Shown here piece by piece: positions 28,140 to 37,663 of a stretch of 64,000 bases of DNA. Both the position numbers and the translations under genes were made by a program. The stretch is from Candidatus Doudnabacteria bacterium RIFCSPHIGHO2_02_FULL_43_13b (GTDB lineage Bacteria; Patescibacteriota; Doudnabacteria; UBA920; O2-02-FULL-48-8). The notes below the pieces were generated by a model that saw nothing but the letters and a program-made list of their open reading frames with translations, did no database searches and was not told the origin of the DNA. Within the stretch, counting starts at the first letter, position 1; each line of letters starts with the position of its first letter. The stretch spans positions 2,619 to 66,618 of the forward strand of contig MFER01000013.1 of assembly GCA_001777655.1 (NCBI GenBank), in the 5' to 3' direction.

Positions 28140-28511
28140 TTAAACCTGACCGCTGACTAGGGCGTTGGAGATAACGCGGACGATGACGAAAGCCAAGATA
28201 ATCACGACGATACCGATAATGGCGTTGGTGATAATCTTTTTGGCTTGTTCGGCCGTCTCTTCATTCCCGGCAGATGTGATGTAGCGGAAACCGCCGATGA
28301 TTAAGAACAATACAGCAATCAAGCCGGCAATGGCCAGAGCGATATTGATGATCCGCAGCACGAATGTCGAAACCCGATCATCGCCCGGCAAGCCGGTTCC
28401 TCCCGGGCTGGGAGTTTGAAATTGTGCCAATGCCACGGGAGTAAGAACGAAAGCCAAAGTCAAAACTATCGACAGTATCGGGACGAGTTTAGAGGTTGAA
28501 AGTTTTTTCAT
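28140..28511 (-). CDS. TrbC/VirB2-like pilin
   Basis: GGFRYITSAGNEE..AKK.ITNAIIG. Confidence 0.85.
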   Translation of the reverse strand: MKKLSTSKLVPILSIVLTLAFVLTPVALAQFQTPSPGGTGLPGDDRVSTFVLRIINIALAIAGLIAVLFLIIGGFRYITSAGNEETAEQAKKIITNAIIGIVVIILAFVIVRVISNALVSGQV

Positions 28512-28536
28512 CTTTGTTTTTCCCTTTCTATTTCTT

Positions 28537-28565
28537 ATCCGCCGAAGCTTTATGCGAAGGCGGAT
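28537..28565. repeat. REP-like palindrome
   Basis: TCCGCCGAAGCTTTATGCGAAGGCGGA, near-identical to 52670-52697. Confidence 0.7.
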
Positions 28566-28594
28566 ATTTCGACCTTTAAGGATATTTAAATTAA

Positions 28595-28960
28595 TTAAAC
28601 CTTGCCAAAGAAAGCGTTCATTATCACTACCACAATTATGTAAGAGAAGATCGTAACGACTAAACCTATTATAGCATTAGTCAGGGTTTTTTTGCCAGTG
28701 GTGGCCGCTTCCTCGTCCCCGCGGGAGGTAATGTATTGAAAACCGCCCAGGATAATGAATAAAACTGAAAGCAAGCCAACAATGCCTAAGAGTGCTTGGA
28801 CAATAAACAGTAAAATTCCGGCAAAGGTATTGCCACCGGTTCGGTTGGCGAAATTCACCAAATACTTATCGGCGGGGTTGGTAAAATTAACCGCCCAAAC
28901 AGTTAACGGAGCAATCAAACCCGCTAGGCTGGGTAAAACAAATTTTGTGATTTTCTTCAT
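28595..28960 (-). CDS. TrbC/VirB2-like pilin
   Basis: GGFQYITSRGDEE..GKKTLTNAIIG. Confidence 0.85.
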   Translation of the reverse strand: MKKITKFVLPSLAGLIAPLTVWAVNFTNPADKYLVNFANRTGGNTFAGILLFIVQALLGIVGLLSVLFIILGGFQYITSRGDEEAATTGKKTLTNAIIGLVVTIFSYIIVVVIMNAFFGKV

Positions 28961-28962
28961 GT

Positions 28963-29619
28963 CTAGCCTCCGAAAAAAGTTAGGGTTGCTCGAACCAAGA
29001 CGTACGATAGTATTATAACACCTAAACCAATCACCGCCCACTGCAGGCTTTGTTTGGCGCTGGTAACTTGTTCTTCATCCCCCCGGGCAGTGGCGTAACG
29101 AAAGCCGCTGACGATGATCATCAAAATCGCCATGATACCAACCACTGACAAAAAGCCGGTTAACATCCGGATCAAAAAATCCAAGAAGGTATTATCAAGG
29201 AGCGGATTACGCACTGGGTTGTTGCCAATATAGGAACTCGGGGCCAAATCTTTCGCTCCCAAATAATCGGCCATGGCATTGACAATGATAAAAGCAAATA
29301 AAGACAAAATTAATCCTGACAGCGCCCACTTCAGTCCATCCTTGGCTGTGGTTAAGGCTTCAGAGTTGCCTTGGGCAACAATCATCCGAAAACCGGCAAA
29401 GATAATCATTATTAGAGCGGTAATGGCGAAAAAATTCGTAAAAGAGGCAATCACAGCAAAGATAAACTCGCCCAAATCGTCAAGAGAATACCGAATCGGA
29501 TTGCACAAATTCGTGTTGGTGCTACCCGGGACACAATCACTGCTTTGTTGCGCCAACGCGACGGAGGAGGTTGAAAATAAAACCAAACCAATAAATAAAG
29601 CGATAAGAAAAATTTTCAT
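28963..29619 (-). CDS. tandem double-domain TrbC/VirB2-like pilin
   Basis: Two pilin motifs (AGFRMIVAQGN..AK; SGFRYATARGD..AK). Confidence 0.8.
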   Translation of the reverse strand: MKIFLIALFIGLVLFSTSSVALAQQSSDCVPGSTNTNLCNPIRYSLDDLGEFIFAVIASFTNFFAITALIMIIFAGFRMIVAQGNSEALTTAKDGLKWALSGLILSLFAFIIVNAMADYLGAKDLAPSSYIGNNPVRNPLLDNTFLDFLIRMLTGFLSVVGIMAILMIIVSGFRYATARGDEEQVTSAKQSLQWAVIGLGVIILSYVLVRATLTFFGG

Positions 29620-29623
29620 ATAA

Positions 29624-30037
29624 TCATCTGATATTTTTCAAAATATTATCCAAAGCCCCGGCTCCCGGGTTAGTACTGGTCAACAACCCGACAATTACAT
29701 TGACCAATAAATACGCGGACATAATCAAGAAAAATCCAATGATCGCGTGCTTAAAAGTATCTTTACCGACGGTGATCCGCTCTTGGTTGCCGCCGGAATT
29801 CATCATTTCCCACCCTGCCCAAAGAATAAAGAAAATCGAAACCAACCAGGCCCAGGCCAGCAGATAATTGATTATCCGCTCAACCGTAAAAACCATATCA
29901 ACCAGCTGACAACCTGTTTGGGCGCTGCCATCGGGATTCCGACCGCCGCAGGTGATGAGTTGCGCCGAAGCAAAATTAGCAGTTAGTAACACTGCGAGAA
30001 AAAAACTGGCCAGGATAATTTTTATTTTTGGTTTCAC
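29624..30037 (-). CDS. TrbC/VirB2-like pilin
   Basis: AGWEMMNSGGN..GK..F.HAIIG. Confidence 0.8.
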   Translation of the reverse strand: MKPKIKIILASFFLAVLLTANFASAQLITCGGRNPDGSAQTGCQLVDMVFTVERIINYLLAWAWLVSIFFILWAGWEMMNSGGNQERITVGKDTFKHAIIGFFLIMSAYLLVNVIVGLLTSTNPGAGALDNILKNIR

Positions 30038-30081
30038 TGAAGTTTAGACAATCGTAAAGTTTCTACATTATACCATAAACC

Positions 30082-31392
30082 TCATCGTCTTTGCAAATTT
30101 AAATTGATTTGTTGGGCGGCATTGCGCAGCGCCTCATTGGCTTCAAAATTTCTTAAAATTACGTCATCAATCATTTTCAAAAATACGCTTTCAAACAAAT
30201 TGGCGTCTTGCTTATAAACACTGCGCGCAGTCAAAGCGTTTTCGGCAAACACGCCGATTTGGGTATCCGAAGCTTGAATAGGCAGAATATCTTTGCGGGA
30301 AGCCGGCAGTTTGTGTTTGGCGTAATATTTATTCAATTCCGTCTGACCGGAAATAAACTTCAAAAAATCCCAAGCGGCCTCAGAATTGTTGGACGTTCGC
30401 GAAACCGCTTCCCCCCAGTAATTGGCAAAGTTAACTTTCAATCCCGCTTCGCTGGTTTGAGGAATTGCCGCTACGTCCCAATTCAAATTCGGCGCCTTGT
30501 CCATGATCACGGGAATCATATAAGAGTAGTTAATCATCATGGCGACTTTCCCTTGGGTGAAGGCGTCTACGCTAAAATTGGATTTAGCATTCCAGTTATA
30601 GGTCGTTTTGGCCGGCTGGGCAAATTGGGTAAAAAACAACAGCGCCGCCTCGCCGGGATTGAAGTTGTTATCGCTACCCGCCAAGTCTTGCTGCTGATCA
30701 AAAGTTGCGGAATTAAAATCGTCGGAATAAAATTTCGTGCCGTTTTGTAGCATCAGTAAAGACAAAATATCCACAGCCCGATTAATGTTACTACCAGTCC
30801 CCAAGGCTATCCCCGAACGGGAAAAACTGCCCGGTTGGGAAATTTTGGTTAACTTTGGCACATTAGCGATTACTTCAGCCCAAGTGGAGGGGGGCTGGGA
30901 AATGCCAGCCGATCCCAATAGATCTTTATTGTAATAAAGAGCCATGACATCCACTGAAAGAGGGATGGCAAAAATCTTATCTTCCCTCACAAAATCGGAA
31001 TAAGCGACATCCACAAAAGTATCTTTATATGTTCTTAAGTTCATCAGCGCACTCGGCATGGGGGAGAGTTTGTCTGAATGCTTCGGTAGCCAATCGTTAT
31101 GAATCGAGAAAATATCAGGTCCCGTGCCAGCCGCAATGGCGTTGACTAATTCTTGCTCGTAGGTCGTGATGTCTTTTTTGACAAATGTGATTTGGATATT
31201 CTTGTGACTCGATTGATAATCAGAAATCAAATCCTGCACATTTTCATTCTCTTCAAAAGTCTTCCACCAGGTTAAAGTGACTTTATCTGAAAGAGGGCGC
31301 GGGCCAGAGCCCCCGCTAAAAAATAAGGCACCGGCCACGATCAGCAGCAGAACCAAAATCCCGCCTAAAATATAGTATTTTTTATTATTCAC
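30082..31392 (-). CDS. ABC sugar-type extracellular solute-binding protein
   Basis: GTGPDIF, LYYNKDL, F..GKVAM, AWDFLKF. Confidence 0.85.
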   Translation of the reverse strand: MNNKKYYILGGILVLLLIVAGALFFSGGSGPRPLSDKVTLTWWKTFEENENVQDLISDYQSSHKNIQITFVKKDITTYEQELVNAIAAGTGPDIFSIHNDWLPKHSDKLSPMPSALMNLRTYKDTFVDVAYSDFVREDKIFAIPLSVDVMALYYNKDLLGSAGISQPPSTWAEVIANVPKLTKISQPGSFSRSGIALGTGSNINRAVDILSLLMLQNGTKFYSDDFNSATFDQQQDLAGSDNNFNPGEAALLFFTQFAQPAKTTYNWNAKSNFSVDAFTQGKVAMMINYSYMIPVIMDKAPNLNWDVAAIPQTSEAGLKVNFANYWGEAVSRTSNNSEAAWDFLKFISGQTELNKYYAKHKLPASRKDILPIQASDTQIGVFAENALTARSVYKQDANLFESVFLKMIDDVILRNFEANEALRNAAQQINLNLQRR

Positions 31393-31450
31393 GTTTGTTT
31401 TCTAAAATAACTTTACTAGTCTTTATTTTACTCCAAAAGGCGCGAAAAGT

Positions 31451-32350
31451 CTAAAATTTCAAAGATTTCAAAAACTCTTTAAATTCTTTTCGCAAGTCGT
31501 CGTGTTTCAAACCAAACTCTACTACTGCCTTTAGATATTCTAATTTATTCCCGCAATCATAAAATTTACCATTTTTTATTTCCACTCCATAACATTTTTT
31601 CTGCTCCTCCAATAGTATATTGATCGCATCAACATAGACCAGCTCTTGCCCACTATTACTCTTTTCCAGCCGACGTTTTGCTTCCTCAATAGCCTCAAAT
31701 ATTTCTGGACTATATATAGCTCCACCGGGAATCGCCAAATCTGAATTTATTTTGCCCCTACCTGGCTTTTCTATAATTTGATTGACTTGCATTACTCCAT
31801 CCGCAATTATATTCCCGGCAGCAAAAGCATAACGATCATAATCTTGGGGTTTAGTGGCTTTGATACAACTAAGCACTGCGCTTCCTCCAAACTTCTCGTA
31901 TGTCGCCACTAGTTGTTGCGCTCGGGTCGGAGTCGCATCCATAAAATCGTCACCCCATAACACCATAAATGGTTCGTCACCTATCAAATGTTTCGCATTC
32001 AAAATCGGGGTTGCATTACCAATTGGTCCTCTTTGCCTAATGTATGTAAAATTAGCCAAATCACCAATTCGACGAATCTCTTCAACTTCTTTGAGTTTCC
32101 CCGCTTCTTCCAATCGTTTCTCCAATTCAAATGGATAATCAAAATGATCTTCGATATTACGTTTAGACCAGCCAGTGACAATAATAATATCTTCAATGCC
32201 GGCAGAAACTGCATCTTCCACGACATACTGAATAATCGGTTTGTCGACAACCGGTAACATTTCCTTGGGTTGGGCCTTGGTTGCCGGTAAAAACCGGGTG
32301 CCGAAGCCGGCCGCCGGAATAACTGCTTTGCGAACTTTTTTCATAGTCAT
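31451..32350 (-). CDS. galU: UTP-glucose-1-phosphate uridylyltransferase
   Basis: PAAGFGTRFLPATKAQPKEMLPVVDKP. Confidence 0.93.
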   Translation of the reverse strand: MTMKKVRKAVIPAAGFGTRFLPATKAQPKEMLPVVDKPIIQYVVEDAVSAGIEDIIIVTGWSKRNIEDHFDYPFELEKRLEEAGKLKEVEEIRRIGDLANFTYIRQRGPIGNATPILNAKHLIGDEPFMVLWGDDFMDATPTRAQQLVATYEKFGGSAVLSCIKATKPQDYDRYAFAAGNIIADGVMQVNQIIEKPGRGKINSDLAIPGGAIYSPEIFEAIEEAKRRLEKSNSGQELVYVDAINILLEEQKKCYGVEIKNGKFYDCGNKLEYLKAVVEFGLKHDDLRKEFKEFLKSLKF

Positions 32351-32415
32351 GTTTTATATTATAGCCTGTTGATAAAAAATAATAAATGATCACAAAAGCC
32401 CAAAAAATAAGGTTC

Positions 32416-32444
32416 TTGACAGTAGGTGAACGATCGTTTACCAT
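32416..32444 (+). promoter_or_regulatory. lexA promoter with putative SOS box
   Basis: TTGACA-17-TACCAT; palindrome GGTGAACGATCGTTTACC overlapping the spacer and -10. Confidence 0.7.
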
Positions 32445-32575
32445 AGATTATGGAAGATGTAGAACGAAGAAACTGGTGTGAAACCACGCCGCCGGAATAA
32501 CACTGGTTTCTTCGCCCCCTTCCAGGGTAAAATAAGTTTTTAAATTTAGAGTTTGTAATTTCGAATCAATATCTA

Positions 32576-32833
32576 ATGAACGAATATTCTAATAAAAAGT
32601 ACGATTCGGAAGAAAGAACTGCTAAATTTGGCGAAAACACCATAGAATTATGTACGAGTCTAGAGCAAACCGCTATTTCAAAACCCATAATTAATCAACT
32701 AGTAAGATCGGGAACAAGTGTGGGTGCTAATTACATGGAAGCAAATGGAGCAAGCTCCAGGAAAGACTTTAAAAACAAAATTCATTTATTGAAAATTCAT
32801 TCGAAATTCAAAATTGATAATTTAAAACTATGA
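32576..32833 (+). pseudogene. truncated four-helix-bundle (IVS-type) protein
   Basis: QLVRSGTSVGANYMEA..ASS.KDF.NKI, then ends in AT-rich repeats. Confidence 0.7.
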
Positions 32834-33444
32834 ATGAACTAGCTCCTAGGCAAAAACAATTACTAGACCATTTAACGCACGAAATCACAACCAAGGGATT
32901 ACCTCCCTCTATTTCGGAAATTGCCAAGGCTATTAAAGTTAAATCTAAAAATGCCGTGGTTAAATTGCTACGAAGTTTGGAAACGAAAGGTTATATTCGG
33001 CGATCAAACAAAGCTCGCGGTATCGAAGTTTTAAATCCGGAAGGCGAACCAATCGGTCGTGGATTATTTAGCGTTCCCCTCTTAGGTCATATTACTGCCG
33101 GACTACCCATGCTGGCTGAAGAACAGATTGAAGATTGGTTAAATTTACCCGCCAGTTTAATCAAAGGACGAAAAGATGTATTCCTACTCCGAGTGATCGG
33201 TATGAGTATGAAAGACGCGGGAATTCTGGATGGGGATTTAGTAATAGTAAAACAACAAAAACTCGCGGAAGTTAATGACATCGTCGTCGCCCTATTAGAG
33301 GATGAGGCCACGGTCAAACGATTGGTTAAAAAAGACAGTAAGTTTTATTTAAAAGCCGAAAATAAGGAATATCCAAATATCTACCCTGAACATGAATGGT
33401 CGATTCAGGGCAAAGTAATCGGAGTTATCAGACGCATGGAGTAA
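32830..33444 (+). CDS. lexA: SOS repressor LexA
   Basis: PPSISEI wHTH, AG cleavage site, SM..AGI.DGD, TVK. Confidence 0.93.
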   Translation: MNELAPRQKQLLDHLTHEITTKGLPPSISEIAKAIKVKSKNAVVKLLRSLETKGYIRRSNKARGIEVLNPEGEPIGRGLFSVPLLGHITAGLPMLAEEQIEDWLNLPASLIKGRKDVFLLRVIGMSMKDAGILDGDLVIVKQQKLAEVNDIVVALLEDEATVKRLVKKDSKFYLKAENKEYPNIYPEHEWSIQGKVIGVIRRME

Positions 33445-33446
33445 GT

Positions 33447-33629
33447 ATGAGTGAGTTGGAGAAACAAAAATACACGATCATCGCGCAGTTAAAAGGGTTA
33501 TGCGCCCACTGCTCGAATGAAGTGCATCATAATTGCAAACTTCAAACTATAGTTTCTGAAGTTTCCAGCCTGTCCGGAGTCCCACTGATCGTCAATGATA
33601 GATTCAATGGATTATTGTTAAATCATTAA
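33447..33629 (+). CDS. small hypothetical protein (CxxC..HxC)
   Basis: Operonic with lexA. Confidence 0.55.
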   Translation: MSELEKQKYTIIAQLKGLCAHCSNEVHHNCKLQTIVSEVSSLSGVPLIVNDRFNGLLLNH

Positions 33630-33641
33630 GGAAAAAACTAT

Positions 33642-33875
33642 ATGCAAGAATTTGCACCAGCACTTTTCTCAACCAGGGTTTCTGCCGGACGTCGAACCTA
33701 TTTTTTCGACGTCAAATCTGCGAAAAACGACAAGCCGTTTTTAAAGATCACCCAATCAGAAATTAATGGGGAAGAGAAAAAGAAAAGCTATCTCAATATT
33801 TTTGAGAACGAAGTTAGCGGTTTCCGACAAGCTGTCGAGGAAGCCGTCGGGTTCATGGAAGAAAAAGCAAAATAA
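33642..33875 (+). CDS. DUF3276/PUR-family nucleic-acid-binding protein
   Basis: AGRRTYFFDVK...FLKIT. Confidence 0.8.
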   Translation: MQEFAPALFSTRVSAGRRTYFFDVKSAKNDKPFLKITQSEINGEEKKKSYLNIFENEVSGFRQAVEEAVGFMEEKAK

Positions 33876-33880
33876 TTAGC

Positions 33881-33907
33881 AGAGGCCTGCTTTTAGCAGG
33901 CCTCTTT
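33881..33907. terminator. hairpin terminator
   Basis: AGAGGCCTGCT/AGCAGGCCTCT. Confidence 0.65.
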
Positions 33908-33926
33908 GAATGATAATTAGATACAT

Positions 33927-34576
33927 ATGACAACTAAAGTTTTTTCCGCAGCATTAGTGGGGCTTGATGCTGCACCGGTAGAGGTGGAAGTAGATATCTC
34001 AGGGGGGCTGCCAAAAGTAATTGTCGTTGGGCTTCCCGACACTGCGATCCAAGAGGCTAGAGAGCGAGTCAAATCGGCAATTAAAAATTCTAACGCGATT
34101 TTCCCGCCCAGCCGGGTGGCGGTGAATTTAGCCCCAGCGGACTTGCCCAAAAATGGCACCCATTTTGATTTGCCAATCGCGATTTCAATTTTGCTGAATT
34201 CCGGCCAAATCTTTTTTGATCCCAAAAACAAATTATTCGTTGGCGAATTAGCCTTAGATGGCAATTTGAGAGCGGTCTCTGGCATTTTGCCAATTGCTTT
34301 GATGGCCAAACAACTTGGCTTTAAGCAATTATTCATTCCGAAAGACAATAACCAAGAAGCCGGCTTAGTCGATGGAATCGAAATCATTCCAATCAAAAAT
34401 CTTTATGAGATTATCGGGTATTTGCAAAATTTGATTAAAATAGCTCCTTTGCCCAAACCAAACTGGAACCGATTCTTAAAATCCCCCGAAACTTTATTCG
34501 ACATGAAATTAATCAAGGGCCAAGAAGCCGCGAAGCGGGCGCTAGAAATAGCCGCTGCGGGTGGGCACAATATTCT
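33927..34576 (+). pseudogene. comM: comM/YifB, 5' part (interrupted)
   Basis: VGLPDTAIQEARERV, NLAPADLPK, FDLPIA, GELALDG, AAAGGHNIL. Confidence 0.93.
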
Positions 34577-34726
34577 TAAGTTATATTCCTAATTCAACAT
34601 CCGTTAAGTTCAAGATAATTAAGCCAATATCCGTAAAAAGATAGGCATTTTTATATCTAACCAAAACTTGACGTTGGGCTTTCCATTCGATAGATTTTAC
34701 AAAATAAGTAATGAAAATGTAATTTT

Positions 34727-35635
34727 ATGCAAAAAGATTTAACTTTAAGCCCTGAAGCAAATCACGACAACGCTAAGAAGATTTTTGATAATTTGGATGT
34801 AAGCGAATCTACCAGAAAGGATTATCAATACAGAGTTGGATTATTCGTGGATTACATCCGTAGAAATAATTTTAGTCGCAACAGTTATTTAGAATACAAG
34901 CGATATCTAGCTGGAAGAAATGATGTGTCTACTTCCACGAAAAATAAATTTTTGATTGTCGCCAAAATCTTTTTAAGAGAACTTAGCCGCCTTGGTGTGA
35001 TGCAATCAGACATCACTCAGAACATAAAGACCTTCAAAGAAAATCACAAACATAAAAAAGAAGGTTTGAATGAAGAAGAAATGCAGAAGTTGGTAAGTTG
35101 GTTGCGTGAGCTTCCCTCCACTCCACAGAATACTAGACTGAGAGCCATTATAGCGTTACTCACGCTTAACGGCCTGCGACAGATTGAGATAGTAAGGTTA
35201 GACTTCAAGGATTTAGATTTAGTAGCCAAAACCGCTTTCGTTTTGGGGAAGGGGCAAGATGACCGGGAAATAGTTCATTTGCATCCCGAAGCAGTCAAAG
35301 CAGTCAGTGAATACTTGAAAGTAAATAAAATAGCTGATGGAGCTTTGTTCGTAAGTATCAGCAACGGTAGTAGAAACCATCGCCTGACAACCAGAGGACT
35401 AAGACAGATTGTGCAGAAGAGCCTTAAAAGTTTGGATATTGAAAGATGTGTTCACGGCTTCCGACATTATTTCGCTACGGCATTGATTAACAGCTACAAG
35501 GGAGATTTGCTGGAAGTGAGTCGGTATACAAGACATAAAAGTATCCAAATGCTTGAAGTATACAATGATAATATAAAGCAGAAGGCAGATTTACCACGAT
35601 ACTATAAGGTCTTTGAATCAATTAACTTTAGTTAG
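34727..35635 (+). CDS. tyrosine recombinase
   Basis: GLR..E, GKG, HGFRH, RH, Y catalytic residues. Confidence 0.9.
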   Translation: MQKDLTLSPEANHDNAKKIFDNLDVSESTRKDYQYRVGLFVDYIRRNNFSRNSYLEYKRYLAGRNDVSTSTKNKFLIVAKIFLRELSRLGVMQSDITQNIKTFKENHKHKKEGLNEEEMQKLVSWLRELPSTPQNTRLRAIIALLTLNGLRQIEIVRLDFKDLDLVAKTAFVLGKGQDDREIVHLHPEAVKAVSEYLKVNKIADGALFVSISNGSRNHRLTTRGLRQIVQKSLKSLDIERCVHGFRHYFATALINSYKGDLLEVSRYTRHKSIQMLEVYNDNIKQKADLPRYYKVFESINFS

Positions 35636-35662
35636 CCGTAATAATGTGATAAAATTCAAAAT

Positions 35663-36616
35663 ATGACAACAGAAAACCTAAACTTACTTCCCAAAAATAA
35701 GTTAAAATTTTCAGAGAAATATTCTGATGCCTCCGATGTAGTTTTGTTTCATGGGGACAGATTAGATTTTATGAAATCCTTACCAAGCAAATCAGTCAAA
35801 CTTGTAATTACATCTCCTCCTTACAATATAGGAAAAGCATACGAAAAAAGAAAAGACCTTGATTTATATCTGGCCGAGCAGGAAGAATCGTTCAAGGAAT
35901 GTGTTCGAATTTTAGATGACCAGGGAAGCTTGTGTTGGCAAGTCGGGAATCATATCGCTAAAGATGGAGAAGTTTTTCCACTGGACACTCTTCTATATCC
36001 GATTGGTAAGAAGTTTGGATTGAAACTAAGAAACAGAATCATTTGGCATTTCGGTCACGGACTGCATTCAACCTACAGATTTTCAGGTCGCCACGAAAGT
36101 ATTTTATGGTTCACAAAAACTGATGATTATACTTTTAACTTAGACCCAATCCGTGTGCCACAAAAATACCCTGGCAAAAAGAATTTCAAAAAAAATGGGA
36201 AGCACGGAGAATTTTCTGGCAACCCCTTAGGTAAAAATCCGTCAGACGTATGGGAAATCCCAAATGTTAAAAGCAATCATCCAGAAAAAACTTCTCATCC
36301 TTGTCAGTTTCCAATAGAGTTAGTAGAAAGATTGGTTTTATCAATGACCAACGAAGGCGATATAGTTTACGACCCATATGCAGGTGTCGGAAGTGCTTTG
36401 TGTGCTGCCGTTTTGCATAATAGAAAGGCATATGGTTCTGACATAATGGAAGAATACCTAGACATTGCAAAAGATAGAATTATAAAAGCCGTCAATGGAA
36501 CACTGAAACGGCGAATTATGGGAACTGAAGTTTATAAAGCAGAAAATTCCAATTTATCAAAAACACCTGAAGAATTTACTAAAGCAAGGTTAAAATTGTT
36601 TGGGTCCAGGAGGTGA
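35663..36616 (+). CDS. N4-C/N6-A DNA methyltransferase (beta class)
   Basis: TSPPY, HPCQFP, DPYAGVGS. Confidence 0.92.
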   Translation: MTTENLNLLPKNKLKFSEKYSDASDVVLFHGDRLDFMKSLPSKSVKLVITSPPYNIGKAYEKRKDLDLYLAEQEESFKECVRILDDQGSLCWQVGNHIAKDGEVFPLDTLLYPIGKKFGLKLRNRIIWHFGHGLHSTYRFSGRHESILWFTKTDDYTFNLDPIRVPQKYPGKKNFKKNGKHGEFSGNPLGKNPSDVWEIPNVKSNHPEKTSHPCQFPIELVERLVLSMTNEGDIVYDPYAGVGSALCAAVLHNRKAYGSDIMEEYLDIAKDRIIKAVNGTLKRRIMGTEVYKAENSNLSKTPEEFTKARLKLFGSRR

Positions 36617-37267
36617 ACCATTATAAGTTGTTAGTTTAAGTATTTTTAAGGCCGCTTCTCTATCAGTTTCAAAAAGTTTTCGAAGTTTTGAACACTTAAT
36701 TTCTTCTTCTGGAGTAAGTCCTAGACTAATTACAAATACTGGAATATCGATATTGCTTTCACCCCGGAATTCAAAGTCTACTAAAAGTTGTTCAAAATCA
36801 GAAACACCAGTCGACATTTGTCTGGCTAATTTATGTCCAGGCACAACTTCAATTCCACATTCAATCAAACCTACTTTATTAAAAATCACCATCTTGGAAA
36901 AAATATCATAACCCATAAAAGCGTATTTCCCAAACTGGATTTCCAAACCAACATTATTTTTTATCCCGTCCATTTCTCTAAACCTATTATTACCGAATGC
37001 GTGACGAGGTTCGGTAAAAGCCTTCTTCTTCCCCACCGCTTTTTCAGTCCAACCCTTTGCATGCATAGTGGTTTTAAGCAACTTATTCATAGTAGAAGGA
37101 GAAAATAAAAGTTTACCCTTCATCGTTTTTTCTTGACTTTCCTTTACCAAACAGACAGTAGCATCTAAACTTTCAATTGCACCCAAAACTTCCCTCAATT
37201 CTTTTGGGTGTTTTACTTTTATAAATTTTTCTCCGCCTTTGAATGAGTAAGTGTCTACAACTTGCAT
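36590..37267 (-). CDS. BglII/BstYI-like type II restriction endonuclease
   Basis: D.IK..VGLEIQFGKY..M.YD; convergent with MTase. Confidence 0.8.
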   Translation of the reverse strand: MQVVDTYSFKGGEKFIKVKHPKELREVLGAIESLDATVCLVKESQEKTMKGKLLFSPSTMNKLLKTTMHAKGWTEKAVGKKKAFTEPRHAFGNNRFREMDGIKNNVGLEIQFGKYAFMGYDIFSKMVIFNKVGLIECGIEVVPGHKLARQMSTGVSDFEQLLVDFEFRGESNIDIPVFVISLGLTPEEEIKCSKLRKLFETDREAALKILKLTTYNGSPPGPKQF

Positions 37268-37663
37268 AAAATCTTATTTTTGTTTCTCTATTCTAGCACT
37301 TAATGGTTAAGTTTAAAAGCTCCTGTTAGGCATCCAACTTCTTCTCTTTATACTTACAGGAAATACAAACTTAGGTAATTTTCAGGTATGATTAGGGCAT
37401 GCAGAAAAAGTTTACATTGCCTATACAACCGCCTCGACTCAAAGGAAAACTAAACCATAATGATTTGCAGGATATCTATAGAACTATTTGTAGAAACACT
37501 GGAATAGAAGTCAGGTTGGTAGATATGTGGCATCTTAGAAATAAATATAAAACTTCTCACTACGGTTTAGTGGTGAGCTATGGTAAAAATACACATGACA
37601 TATATCTCAAAAATTTATTCATCATAAAATAATAGGTTTATTATAAATATAGGTTGTAAGTGA

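Noticed and set aside
27761-30037. Complete type IV secretion system
   Set aside because: Only pilin-like genes are present; no ATPase or channel components in this window.
34727-35635. Tyrosine recombinase as the integrase of the comM element
   Set aside because: Junctions share only a 2-bp core with symmetric attP arms, which is the serine-integrase signature.
37399-37632. 77-aa ORF as a controller or defence gene
   Set aside because: No recognisable motif; cannot be distinguished from a chance AT-rich ORF.
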